This document shows positions 50,044-63,223 of a stretch of DNA of 64,000 nucleotides, piece by piece. The notes under the pieces were generated by a model. It searched no databases and had not been told where the DNA came from. It saw only the letters and a list, made by a program, of their open reading frames with translations. The translations under genes and the position numbers were made by a program. Position 1 is the first letter of the stretch. Each line of letters opens with the position of its first letter. Source of the DNA: Guillardia theta CCMP2712 (Eukaryota; Protista; Cryptophyta); assembly GCF_000315625.1 (NCBI RefSeq), contig NW_005434542.1, positions 12,495 to 76,494 on the forward strand, in the 5' to 3' direction.

Positions 50044-50460
50044 AAACTTCGGAAGTTCCGGGGCCGGGCCCGGGTCCCGGAGACGGTCGGATCCGCCGGG
50101 GCTCCACCCGGTGACAACCCGGCCCGGCACTGATACCATGGAAACTGGCGGTTCCGAGTTCCGAACTTCGGAACATGAAACGTGAACACGGTGGCCCGGC
50201 CACCCGGTGACCGGGGGGCCCGGACTCCCGGCCGGAACCCTGACCGGGACCGGACCGTACTCCCGCGGTCCGGCACGGCCCCGGCGGACCCGGTCCAGCG
50301 GGGCCGCCGCGGCGCGAGGGGGCCGCCGCCCCGGGACGCCCGGGGGCCTGTTAACTCAGTGACTTGACTTTGGAACTTACGGTCCGATTTTTTCAGTCAC
50401 TGAGTCGTCGGAACAGTGGGTCCTGAGTGACTCCGATCATCGAGTCCGCCTCAGGCGGTA
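50044..50460. promoter_or_regulatory. GC-rich palindromic-word island F in a divergent promoter
   Basis: Perfect hairpin gttccgaa-c-ttcggaac (50158-50174). ggaacttacggt...agtcactgagt (50372-50405) is colinear with 857-887 in island A. Confidence 0.6.
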
Positions 50461-50498
50461 GCGGAGGACAGCGTCTGGAGGCGGTGATTGGATAGGAA

Positions 50499-51254
50499 AT
50501 GAGGTCGACGCAAGTTGAGAAGGCGTGATGGCGTGACGAGGTCATAGAAAGAGGATCAGCGAGCCTTGCAAGATGACGCGAGGAGGAGTGAGAGGAAGAG
50601 GAGAGAAGAAGAGAGGAGAGAAGAGGAGAGAAGAAGAGAGGAGAGAAGAGGAGATATGCGAAGAAGAGAGGAGAGGAGAGAAGAGGAGAGAAGAGGAGAG
50701 GAGAGAAGAGGAGAGAAGAGGAGAGAAGAGAAGAGAAGAAGAGAGAAGAGGAGAGGAGAGGAGAGAAGAGGAGAGGAGAGGAGATGCGAAGAGAGAACAC
50801 AAAAGCGGAGAGGAGGGGAGAGGAGAGGAGAGGAGAAAGAGGAGGGGATGAAAGCAGACGAGTCGAGACGACGGGACGGGACGAGGCGAGGGGATGGGAA
50901 GTTGCTGACTGTTGTTTGAAGGACACGCATGCCGCCTCTGTCAGGAGTTGGGCTGACGAGGCTAAGGAAGAAGAAAGGACCAGGGCTGCGCTGCAAGCTC
51001 TTCATAGCAGCAGTGATAGGCCTTCAGGTGACATGCTCATATGCCCAGTAGCAGGGTCAGGAGGGGGTTGGTTGTTACCCTGGCCCGGCTCCCGCGACGG
51101 CTCTTGGGCTTACATTTTGTCCATCAGATCTTTGTTTTCGTCTACGTTCGACATCTATCTACACGTCGTCAGCAGTCTGTCCAGTAAGAATCCCTCTCGA
51201 AGCTCTGCTGGGATGCGTGTCGTGACACCCTTGCAGCCAGCAGAGCTCGGATGA
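50499..51254 (+). CDS. Hypothetical small spliced gene, or 5' exons of the downstream gene
   Basis: Protein-like exons (KEDQRALQDDARR; DTHAASVRSWADEAKEEERTRAALQAL) flank a purine microsatellite intron. Confidence 0.3.
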
Positions 51255-51360
51255 AGCCCCGCGAGGAGAACGACAGGAAGCTGAGTTCGATGAGAGGCGC
51301 TATGCTGGTTTGCAAGGAGATGAAATGAAGATTTTTGATCTGCACAGGTTGACTGATGCG

Positions 51361-52519
51361 ATGCAGATGTTGAGAGGGAGGGAGAAGATGAGGAGGGGTG
51401 GAGGGGAAGAAGGCGCAGTCGCAAGAGAGGAGGGTGGAGAGAGAAGAGAGAAGACAGGAGGGAACGATCATTTGTGCTTGTTGTTGCATCCCGCTGTCTT
51501 TTCTCATCTCCTCGAACTTTTATGCCCCCTGCTCTCACTCGTCTTGCCTCTCTGTGCTCGTTCCCTCTTGCTCGTCGTCGAGGGCTCTAAACGTATCGCA
51601 GGAAACTCCAGCGGCAGTGCGGGCACAGGGGCATTCCCGCAGGAGACGTGCATCACATGGACGGGAGGAAGGGACCGACGAAGGAAGTGCATGGCCTCCT
51701 TCAGGAACTAGAGCAGGTAAGCTCTTGCGCTCCCTGATGAAGCACCCTCCACCCCTCACCCGGCTCCCAGGCGTACGAGCGAGTGAGGAGCAGGAGCGAG
51801 CTTGCAAGCTTCCGGCAGCCGCAGACGCAGAGGAGGAAGGCAGTGTGGAGGGACTTTGAATTCTCCTGCTTCTCTCAGGTCCTTCCTGAACGATGCCGGC
51901 CGGGGGTCTAAGGATACGCAGTGTGGGGACGACGGGCTCTTGTACCGCATCTTCGGCCTGATAGGCTGGGGGAGCAGGTGACGTGCTAGTGGATGTAAAG
52001 GTGCACTTGCTTCCTGTGCTGACGTGAGCTCGAAGACGATCAGTGGAGATCGGCTACTTCCCGCACGAGGCAAACTCGGTCAACCTGATCGTCAACGCCC
52101 GTTTCTCGGGTCTTCTGTGCGTGACACGGCAGGGGCAGAGCTGACTAGCTGACTCGCTTCGTTCCTCCCTGCCAGACTGGACGGCAACACAGACCCTCTG
52201 ATCACGGAGTCCTGGTACTCGCCACTGGACAGGTGGGGGAGGAGGGCTCGGGGACCGAGACGATGACGTCATCGTCCGGCAGGTATCTTGAGATCGTCAA
52301 GGAAGACCACAAGAAGAGCTATGACTCGAGGACTTTCAAGCAGGTCCTACCTGTGTATGGTTGCTTCTCCTCCCTCCTACCTGTGTATGGTTGCTTCTCC
52401 TCCCTCCTACCTGTGTATGGTTGCTTCTCCTCCCTCCTGTGTATGGTTGCTTCTCCTCCCTCCTCCCTTCTCCTCAAACCCACTCCTACTCCTCCCTCCT
52501 CCTTCCACTTCCTCACACG

Positions 52520-52564
<45 letters not shown>

Positions 52565-54265
52565 CTTTACCATCTGACATCTACTGTCTTCCAGCCGAGC
52601 GAGCAGGACTTGCAGAGGCACTGTGCTCCTTTCTGCCTCGAGTCTTGCTACAACGTTCATTGCAAGCAGAGCCCAATCCAGATGAAGATGCCTGAGTTCA
52701 GAAAAAGTGATACGATGTCAATATCTTGTCAACTCCACGTTTGCTTCATCGCGATCTTCTCTTGCATATTACCTGTGATCCTGCTCTTTGCTCTTGCTGT
52801 CTTGCTCGCCTTCTATCCCCTATCAAACTCATCGTGTCTGCCATGTTCGAACTGCGAGCTCTTGACTTGAATGGTCGACAGCACTTGTCACGAAAGATAA
52901 CCTCGACTCGCTCATCACAACTGCGTTCGGCTCAGCAGACGTCAAGCAAGACATCGACTTCTTCAGGTGCGTCGCGTCACATCTCAACGGCTGGACTGAC
53001 CAGCAGCACCAACAGCATCGACATCGACGGCATGGACTACTACATCCTGAGCAACCTCCTGGAGATCGGGTACAGATACGATAACCTCTAACTTCACACT
53101 CTAACAACTACGGACGTGTGTCTTCACTCTAACGACTGCTGACTTGTGTCTTCTATCGAACAACTACTGACTTGTGTCTGTTCACTCTGACGACCTCGTC
53201 TCGTTCAGATATCGTCCACGCGTCGTTACAACTGAGTTTGCTTCTCATCTCGGCAAGAGCTTTGCGTTGACACGGCCCTACTCTCCTTCCTTTCATGCGG
53301 TGAAGCAGTCCCTTCCTCCTTCGTTCTCTTCTTGCTGCCTACGTCCCTTTCCTCTCTCTCTTCCTCACCCTTCTCCGTGAGTTTTGATTCCTCCTCCTCC
53401 TCCTCCTCCTCCTCCTCCTCCTGCTCTTTCCTCTGCTCTGTTCGTCTGACCTTCCACATCAACCAGGCTGCAGATTCATTTCAGTACGGAGCCTCGATCA
53501 TGGCGTTTGTCAAGCTATTGCGCCGCTACCAGTAAGCCGGGGGGGAAACAAAGGGGGGATTGGGGGGCTGCAGAGGAGGAGGAGGAGGTGGTGGAGGAGG
53601 AGGATTGATAGAGTTGTGGAGGTATCGCTTTATCGGCTGTGTGGAATGGAATGCATACTTCATCCTCGGACAAGAGCTGACGAGCAAGCATCTGGCTCGG
53701 GTGAGTTTGTGTATTCGCAGAAACGATGATGATCGTGATGTTGACGACGACGATGTGTTGAGGGACAACATGAGCTGGAGTAGGACGAAGAAGAGGACGA
53801 GGAGGAAAGATGCGATAATGATGGCTTACTTCAAACATAATGGTGGTGGAGATGATGATGATGTTAATTGTGATGGTGATGGTGATGGTGATGATGACGA
53901 TGATGATGGACTTGTACATGTACATGTCGATGCTGATGTTCACGAGGGTTGAGGGTTGGGTGTGGGTAGGGCGCTTGATGGGGATGTTGTTTGTGGTTGA
54001 CGAACTCGAGCCTAACAATGACGACTGACTTTCTGCGTTCCCTCAGCTGTTCCCAGAGGCAAACGTCGAATCTTGTTTCTATGAGGATAGCGCCACCCTG
54101 GTCGTCCTTCAACTCTTTCCCGCCTTCTTCCCTTCCTCCCTCACTCTCTTTCTATTTGCTTTTCTTCATCTCTTGCTCTGCCAGCCCTTCTCCACCACCA
54201 TCACCTCTTCCTCCTCCTCCTCCGTCTCCTCTTCCTCCTCCTCCTCCGTCTCCTCCTCCTCCTCC

Positions 54266-54314
<49 letters not shown>

Positions 54315-54657
54315 CATCCTCCTCCCATCCTTCATGCTTGTCCGTCCTTTTGCACTTCATGTTCAGGACTCATGATGCAACAGGAGACGGACAGAAGGAG
54401 GAAGAATCTTGCTTTGCAGGCATGCGAGAAAATGGGGGGAGAGGGGAGCAGGACGAGATCAAGGACGAGGAAAAGAGAGGGGACGAGGAGGAGGATTGGA
54501 AAGGGGTTTGATTGAAGGAGGAGGAGGAGGAGCAGCAGCAGCAGCAGCAGGACTGATAAGGAGTTGGCAGGTGCCATGGGTGGAGGTGGAGTTGGAGGCA
54601 GGGCGAGACCCCTTGACCTGGAAGGACATCAAACAGCATCTGAGCGGCGGAAGATGA
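51361..54657 (+). CDS. FkbM/Methyltransf_21-like SAM-dependent methyltransferase, likely type II membrane
   Basis: Spliced motifs TQCGDDGLLYRIFGLIG, ANSVNLI, VTKDNLDSLI, IDFFSIDIDGMDYYIL, YRPRVVTTEF, YGASIMAFVKL and YRFIGCVEWNAYFI. Confidence 0.7.
52346..52460. repeat. 30-bp intronic tandem repeat (ctgtgtatggttgcttctcctccctcctac) x~4
   Basis: Direct repeats. Confidence 0.9.
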
Positions 54658-54704
54658 CGAAATAAGAGACAAGCATGATGTAACAGAAACGCTAGAGAAG
54701 TGTT

Positions 54705-54870
54705 ATAGTAACAATCACGATAGAGAAGTGTTGTTGTAACAGATACAAGAGAGATGTGTTGTGGTGACAGATACAAGAGAGATGTGTTGTTGTAACAGAT
54801 ACAAGAGAGATGTGTTGTTGTAACAGATACAAGAGAGATGTGTTGTGGTGACAGATACAAGAGTGTTATA
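54705..54870. repeat. 28-bp tandem repeat (gtaacagatacaagagagatgtgttgtt) x~5-6
   Basis: Direct repeats between convergent genes. Confidence 0.85.
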
Positions 54871-55125
54871 ATACCAGATACGCAAGTGCTTTAGTAACAG
54901 AGAACTTCATTCTCTTGTCCTCTTCAAACTTTTTTACTTTCACTCTCCTCCCGTCTTGTCGAGTCAGACGGAAGTCGGACCATCGTGAATGAGAAGTAAT
55001 CTTTGGCGGGGAGACCGAGCACCACCGTGACTGATTGTCATTGCGCGCGGGTCATAAGATTTTGTGATGTTGGAGCTGACGATGCTGATCTTGACATAAA
55101 AGGCTGCTGATAGCACTTGTCGTTT

Positions 55126-55677
55126 TCATCTCGACTTGTTGGGGCTGATCCACTGATCCAGTATCAGTCAGCGTCATGTTTTGATGTCCGAGAAAACAGA
55201 AAGAAACAAAACAGAATCAGTAGGCAGACAGGCAGCAGATTTATCTCGAGCAAACAAACTTACCTGACTTGTCTTGTTCAAGAATCCTCGTGGGACAACA
55301 AAGGTGAGCTAATAAGATGAGAGAGTCAGCACAAGAATGTAGTAGACTCGAACACCTTTGTTATCTTCCTGTCGATAGTCCTCGTGACCGTGATTTGTAC
55401 AGTTGTGCCTGCGTCCACGGGGTCAAAGACGAGGATGACAGCAGCAGCAGCGGCGGCAGCGGCAGCGGCAGCGGCAGGGAGATGAGAAATTTACGACTGA
55501 AGCTTGAACATGCAACACGTACCTTCAGGTCCGAGGAGAGCGCTCGCTAGAGTCGAAGCAGCGCTTGTATTGCCCATAACGTTGTTGTTCATTTTCATCT
55601 GGTGAAACTGTGATTGGACTTTGAGAACATCTCAACAAACATCGGCAAGGATAGCATTCACTGCTATCATAACAAAC

Positions 55678-55712
<35 letters not shown>

Positions 55713-55827
55713 GGAAGCAGCAGCAGCAGCAGCAGCAGCAGCAAGCAGCTCACTGGTTGTCTGCCGGCTCTGAGGAGGAGGAGGAGGAGGAGGAGGAGGA
55801 GGAGGAGGAGGAGGAGGAGGAGGAGAA

Positions 55828-55870
<43 letters not shown>

Positions 55871-56866
55871 TTTCTCGCCTCTCTTCACCTTCCGCATCAA
55901 GTCATCGACGTCAAGGTCGTCTATTCTCTGGATGACATCTCCCACGTTTAGTCCTCCTGCTCCATGATCACTACAGGCTCCTCCTTCTACTACTTCTGTC
56001 TTCCTTTCCCTCCTCCTGCTCCTTCTGCTCCTACTTTTCCTTACCCTCCTTCACCTGCTTCTCCTCCTTAACCTGCTTCTGCTTCTGCTTCTGCTTCTGC
56101 TTCTGCTGTGCTTTTTCCTCTCCTCCCTCCTCCCTCCTCCCTCCTCCTCTTCCTCAACAACCTTTGCAAGCTGGTCCGTCGTCAGCCAGGGACACTATCA
56201 CGGCAGCCTGGAACGACTTCAGCTGAACGCGAGCAAGCAGCATGTTCAAGGACCTCGGATTGAGCGATGAGCTGCGGGTCCAGGCCGATCCCGATACCGC
56301 ACATTCCCTTCCACTCTGGTTTGTTCATCCGATGTTCTTTCCTGGGTTCCTCGAACTCTCTTGAGGAACAACACGCCTGTCGTGAGAGCGCATGTCAGGT
56401 CGACGACAACAGACACGCCTTCCTCCCTCCTCTCATACACATCAGTAGATCTTTTCGTCAGTCCTCACTCCGTACATCTTCTTCCATGTTCTTCTCACAT
56501 CAGCTCGAAATCCTATTTCCTGCCTTTCTTATACCTCCTTCGAAGCCCTCCACCCTTCAGAGACTCTGACTTCGTCCTGTACCCATTTGCATCTACATGC
56601 AAGATCGCTCCACCCTCCCATCCCTGTTCAATCCTCCTCTCTGTCTACCTTGAATCCTTACCTCCATCTCTTCCCTTTTCTCCCACCAGTTCTCTCACTT
56701 TTTCTCTCCCCTTCCTCCTCTCTCCTGCTCATCGTCATCCTTTCTCCCATATCCTCTACTTCTCGTTCTCTTCCTCCTCCTCCTCCTCCTCCTCCACCAC
56801 CACCACCTCCTCCTCCACCCGAGCTCTTACCTCATCTCCGCACAGTATCGACTCGGTCCCCCCCAT
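55126..56866 (-). CDS. Small PDZ-domain protein (many short exons; poorly represented in the ORF track)
   Basis: Spliced CGIGIGLDPQ...AAVIVSLADDGPACKGGLNVGDVIQRIDD...LLGPEGTTVQITVTR matches the PDZ pattern. Start at 56835 or 56866. Confidence 0.7.
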
Positions 56867-57014
56867 GTCGCCGCTCTCTGACAACTTTGACAGGCCAATT
56901 TTGCAGATTGTCCCTATATTTCACTTACCTTCGAAATTGAACAGTCAATGAATCAAATTTTTAAGTTAGGTTTGAAATTTAGTTGACAGTGTGACTTGGA
57001 AATTTAGTTACGTT

Positions 57015-57645
57015 CTGTGCACTGAGCGTCTTTCAGAAAGCGGAGGCTTCAGGCGGCCCGCCTCAGCCCGGCCCCGCAACCGGGCGGTATCAGTCATATC
57101 ACTAACTAGCCTAACTCAGTTACGGGGGGGCCGGTAGGACGTCACCAGTTACCCCGGCTCCCCCAGGCTCAGTCTGCATTTAGCACGCCGGTACCAGCTC
57201 AGCGGGGGCGCGGGGGGGCGCGGCCTCCCCGAGGCCCCTGCAGTGACTGAAAGGCCTAAACCCTAGTCGAACTTGTCGGACTCGGCCACACTGTGACACT
57301 GAATCGAACTATTCATCCGGCCCGCGCCCCGGCGGCGGCGCCCTACGACTTCGGAGCCTGGCATGGCCGTTCGCCGCCGGGCCGCCCCGTCACAGAGCCT
57401 CTAAGTTAGACGAGCCCGCCTCTTTGACTTGATCGGGTACTCGGCAGAGGGCCCGCCGGTCCCCGGATCGATGTCGGATGATTTTCTTTTTAACTTTTAC
57501 GATTTTGTTTTTGCTTCAGAACATGACAAGGCATTTCAAATAAGTACCCCACCCTCTTCCAATTTTATGCACCCCTACCGTTATTTTAACCTTTCAAAAC
57601 CCACCCTTTTGTCTCTTGATAGACTACCCCCACCTCCTTTCCTCG
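57015..57645. promoter_or_regulatory. Palindromic-word island G plus T-rich spacer and CCCCTACC tract, in a divergent promoter
   Basis: ctaactcagt, cagtgactg, gacttcggag, tcacagagcc (shared with ~3910), acccctacc (57571). Confidence 0.55.
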
Positions 57646-57893
57646 TCGACTCTTCAGATAGTAGGGTGCTTGCGGCAGGACAGGACTGCGAGCGCTGGGA
57701 CTCGCAGAGGAGCGGCTGGGAGTAGGAGAGCAAGAGCAAGAGCAAGAGCAAGAGCAAGAGCAAGAGCAAGAGCAAGAGCACGAGCACGAGCAAGAGAAGG
57801 ACCAGGCCATCATGACTGGAGAAGGTCTCTGGGCGACTGTCTGAGCCTGGGACTGAAGGATCCGTGTGGTAGTGCGGAGGGTTCACTGTAGAC

Positions 57894-59592
57894 ATGGACA
57901 CGCGATGGTCGTGCCGGTTTCTCCTCCTCTACCTTATCATCCAGCTCACGGGATGTACCGTGATCAACAACTTCTGCGCGCCGGGTCAGACTACCGGGGT
58001 CTGCACCAACAAACTTCTGTACTCCCCTTACACCGACGCCGACATGGAGGCGGCTTGTCCGACGGAGAACCCGAACCCCTGCTTCATCCTTCAGCTCCAA
58101 ACCCCTGCAGTCGACCTTTACACTGATGCCGCAACCCATCTCATCCGGAACTACTCCTCCATCTCCTCCACGGAAGCAGAAAGGGGGGTGACCACCGGGT
58201 TCTATATCTACAACTACAGGAGCAATGGCAAGAAGTACCAGACGTACAGTCTCAACACTGTCGTCACGATCAGGATCAGTTACACCATGGGATACCTTTC
58301 GTTTGACTTCTCCGCCATGAACTCCGAGTGTCAGATCAGGAGTTTCAGCTACGAGCAGAACTCAAACCAGACTCTGAAGAGGATAGCCGACATGGTGCCG
58401 ATTACCTTCATCAGTGAGCTAGCAGTGCAGCACTTGCAAGGAGTCACTGACAGTACTCTGCAGTAAGTGGCACAGTGCAGCAGCTGAACTGTGCTCTGGG
58501 CAAGCTGGAGTTCGTGAGGAAAGGAACGAGCACCAACGCAGAGGCCAGCTCCAACGAGCAGCTTGCTGAGCTGGTGGGGACGGTTGGCCGACTGTTAAGC
58601 TGAGAACTTGACTGTGATTACAGGGAGACATGTCAGTGCTAACCATCTTGATTCCTCCTTCCCCGGACTACCAGACAGCCTTCCGGGTGTCTACCGTCAT
58701 GTACTATCCCGAGGTACGTCTGAGCAAGTTTGTTCCGGCTGTTGGGATGGTTTTCGCAGTCATGCGAGGGAGTGTGGAGCGATGAAAGTGAAATCTCCAT
58801 TCTGCAGATCAAGAAGATGCCCATGTTGTCCAACTGCCCGTCGTTCTCTTATGCCCAGAGCCTGAACCGACTTCAAGTTCCCTCCTACTTGGTGAACGAG
58901 ATTGCCTAGTATTTCTTGTCGTAACCTTGTGATGGTAGAACGGAGCATGCAACACTCTCCCGATCTCTTCCTATGGTCATCACAGTCCACTTGACTCTTG
59001 TCACCTGACGACCTGCGCAGGAGCTGTAGTATCCAAGACCTGCAAGAGATCGGCGGTCGACGGCAACACCATCAACGTTTGCTCCTCCTGCGCAAACTCC
59101 AAGGACAGCTGGTGAGTAAACGACAACGAGATCGTGGGAGGCTGGAAGGCTGAAGATGGTGTGCAGGCTGTACGTGTTCGAGGACGACGCCTCAACGATG
59201 ACGCTGACGAACATGATCCTTTCTGATACCTCGTTCGATGCTTCTCCCTTGCTTCTCTTCCTCCTGACAACATGCCTCCTCTAGCACTTACAACGGCAAC
59301 GTGACCTGGTCCCTCAAGCTGCGCTTCCAGGACGTGCTGCCAAAGACCGGAGCAGCAGCAGCGATAGACGCTGCTCAAGTGAACGGAGGTGAAAGCATCG
59401 CTGGTTCTCGTGCAATGGGACTGATATGAAAGAGTTGCAGACCAAGCAACATTCTGTGCAGACAAGACTACATGTGCTCCCGGGACAAACTGCTGTGCTC
59501 AGACGTCATCAGAAGCTTATAGACAGGTCGGAAAGATTGTTGGCTGAGTGACATGGAGAAAGAAGAGGAGCGCGAGGCAAGGAAGGAACGAC

Positions 59593-59629
<37 letters not shown>

Positions 59630-59637
59630 ATGATGGA

Positions 59638-59683
<46 letters not shown>

Positions 59684-60850
59684 ATGATGATGAAGATGAT
59701 GATGATGACAAACAGCAGGGGGGGTGATAATGATGATGAGGATGAAGCGGACGGAGACGAAGAGTCTTGTAATGTGACAATTCCTTCTCAAGGTTTGGGT
59801 TCCGAGCCCTATGAGCGATTGGGGCACGAGATACCAACTTCGGATTGTTCGCAACACATCCTATGCTATCCTTTGCAAGGCTGGCACTCTTGCCTGCCCC
59901 TCCACCAAGTTGCAGAGTGGAGAATGGAAATGCAGGTCAGAGACAATCTTGTTGTCTGATAGAGATCAGAGGAGTGTTGATGGTTGTAGATGTACCAGTG
60001 AATAGAGATCAGAGGAGTGTTGATGGTTGTAGATGTACCAGTGAATAGAGATCAGAGGAGTGTTGATGGATGTAGATGTACAAGTGAATAGAGATCAGAG
60101 GAGTGTTGATGGATGTAGATGTACCAGTGAAGAGAGATCAGAGGAGTGTTGATGGATGTAGATGTACAAGTGAATAGAGATCAGAGGAGTGTTGATGGTT
60201 GTAGATGTACAAGTGAATAGAGATCAGAGGAGTGTTGATGGATGTAGATGTACCAGTGAATAGAGATCAGAGGAGTGTTGATGGATGTAGATGTACAAGT
60301 GAATAGAGATCAGAGGAGTGTTGATGGATGTAGTAATCTCCCGATTTCTAATCGCCCTGTGAACTTTCTTCTTCCCGTGCAGCTCGGACCCGGAGACTTC
60401 GGACCAGTGCGTGTGCGACTCGGGTCTCTGCTATATGCTCAATGGCTTCTCGTTTGCGCAGAGCCGGCAGACGACCAGTGAGCTGCTTGCTGCTTGCTGC
60501 TGCTTGCTTGCTGCTGCTGCTGCTGCTGCTGCTCCCCCTGCTGCTTCTCTCTCCTGCTTCTCTCCCTGCTGCTGCTGCTGCTGCTTCTCTCCCCTGCTGC
60601 TGCTGCTGCTGCTGCTGCTGCTTCCACTCCCTCTTGTTGCGTCAACATCACTACCTATGACTCCCTTCCTGCTTCCTGCTGCTGCGCTACCATCACATCT
60701 TCTGACTGATATGCTCCGTTTCCCGCAGGCACCGGCTCCTCCTTGAGCTACAGGTTGTGGACAGAGCTCGTAGACACACAGACGACAAAGGAAAGTCTTA
60801 CTGTCCTCCTCCTTTGCACCCTCCTCCTCCCTCTTGATACCCTTGTCCTT

Positions 60851-60936
<86 letters not shown>

Positions 60937-61216
60937 TGTCCTCGTCCTCGTCCTCGTCCTCTCGTTCTTGTCTTCCTCCACATGCCATCGGCAGCTAGTG
61001 AGGTGGCAGCAGGTCATGGAGAGAGGTTTCCTGCTCCTGGACCTCGTCAGTCCTACATGCGCCACCAACACTTCCTGCGGCTATCAGGTGTCAGGAACTT
61101 TCTACTTCTACCCGATTGCCTCGGGAGGAATTTTGAACTTCTACAAGGTCCTGCTCCTCCTCCTCCTCTTCCTCATATACTGCTTCTCCTTCTCCTCCGC
61201 CTGCTTCCCATTCTGT

Positions 61217-61277
<61 letters not shown>

Positions 61278-61278
61278 T

Positions 61279-61321
<43 letters not shown>

Positions 61322-62133
61322 GCTGCTGCTGCTGCTACTCCTCTTGCTCCTGCTCCTTGCTGCTGCTGCTGCTGCTGCTGCTGTTCTCTACGTGCATAAA
61401 GAATTATTCAAACTCTCTCTCCTCTGATAGTCTCACTCACATTTTTGACTTTCAATTCAGTTTTCCCCGCTCGCAATTTTCTCTGGCTCCTATCAAGACT
61501 CCGACAGGATTCTTCAGCTTGCCAAAGTACAGACTGTATCTGCTGGCTCTGCAAACATCCAGGTGATTTCTCTCCTACCATGTCGTTTGTTTTTTCTCCT
61601 TCTGCTCTCTGTCTGTACTTAATGTCAACTTGTCGATCTGTCTTCTTTCTGCTCTTCATCTCCTGACCTGTCATCGCTCCCCTTGTTTCCTACATTGCGT
61701 GTTAGACTCGTCTCCTGCACATTCTTGTTTCTGACAATCGTCGTCATCATCATCATCTCCATCATCATCTCCATCATCATCTCCATCATCATCTCCATCA
61801 TCATCTCCATCATCATCATATCATCTCCATCATCATCATCATCATCATCATCTCCTTCTTCATTTCGTCTTCCCTAACATCTTCACCAGCTAACCGTCTC
61901 CACCATTCTCGGGAGTATCAAGCTGCCATCAACTACTTCTGGCAAATCCCACACCTTCACCGGCTCCATGACGTAGATCTTGCTCTTTCCTACCAGCTCA
62001 CTGACAAGTATGCAGCAACATCAACAAGCTCGTTCAGACTATCGTGTACTCTCCTCCCGGTTGGCCCAACTACAACACGCAGAAGAAAGGTTCCCTGCCA
62101 GAGAAAGTGAGCATACGATGTTTCGAGCAAGAC

Positions 62134-62178
<45 letters not shown>

Positions 62179-63106
62179 CCTCCTCCTCCTCCTGCTGCTC
62201 CCTGCTCCTCCTAGTTCAACGTCGGCTCACCATTATCGTCACAGCTTCTCATCAAAGTAGACAAAGGCTCGTCCAACTTTGACATCTACGGATTTCCTCT
62301 CCGCGATCCCTTAGGCGTTGGAGATGTAAATATGCTGCCGTTGGTCCTCCTCTCCTCTTTTCCGTCGTCCATTTTCCTTTTCCTTTTCCGTTTTCCTCGT
62401 CCTGCTTCTCCTTCTGCTCCTGCTCGTCTCAAGTTCTCTCAGGTAACTCAGTTCGAGATGGACATCAACATTATGGCTGTTGACGATGCTCCTGTTCTGA
62501 ACGCCCCCACGGAGCTGACTACCAATGAGAACGAGATCTCTATTCCTTCCTCCATCTTCTCTGCTTCCGACGTCGATGCTGTCGAGGTTTGAACCTCCGT
62601 CGGAGGACGCCTCATCTCTTCCTTCTCTTCTCCTCCAATATTGCCGTCGTATCCTTCACGTTCTCTTTATATCTGTGTTTCTTTCTAGTCCTCTCCCCGT
62701 CCTCCACCCTTGCCATGTCCTACCACCCTCTCCGTTCAACACCACCTCTTGCTCCTCCTTGTCTTCATCCTCCTCCTCTCTCCTCCTCTCTCCTCTTCTC
62801 TCCTCTTCTCTTCTTCTCCTCCTGCTCCTGCTCACCCCCACAAGCATCAAATTTCACTGACCTGACCGCAGGCTTTCCTTTCCGAGACTGGAGCGAACTT
62901 GACGTCGACCATCTGTCCCAGCCCAGCGTCGCAAGTGCATCACAGGATGACGATGACGGTGGAGACAACTTACGGCAAAGTCTTCATGAACATGTCAGGA
63001 TTGGACTCAGTGGAGGAGATGGTGCTGCTGGACGCGTCGACAAACTTCTTTCAGGCTCGACTGCACACTTATCCCAAGTGAGACGATGATGACCATGAGT
63101 CGTGAG

Positions 63107-63154
<48 letters not shown>

Positions 63155-63181
63155 AGGATGATGATGACGATGGAGATGACA

Positions 63182-63223
<42 letters not shown>

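Noticed and set aside
59959-60333. CRISPR array
   Set aside because: Head-to-tail tandem units with no spacers; intronic.
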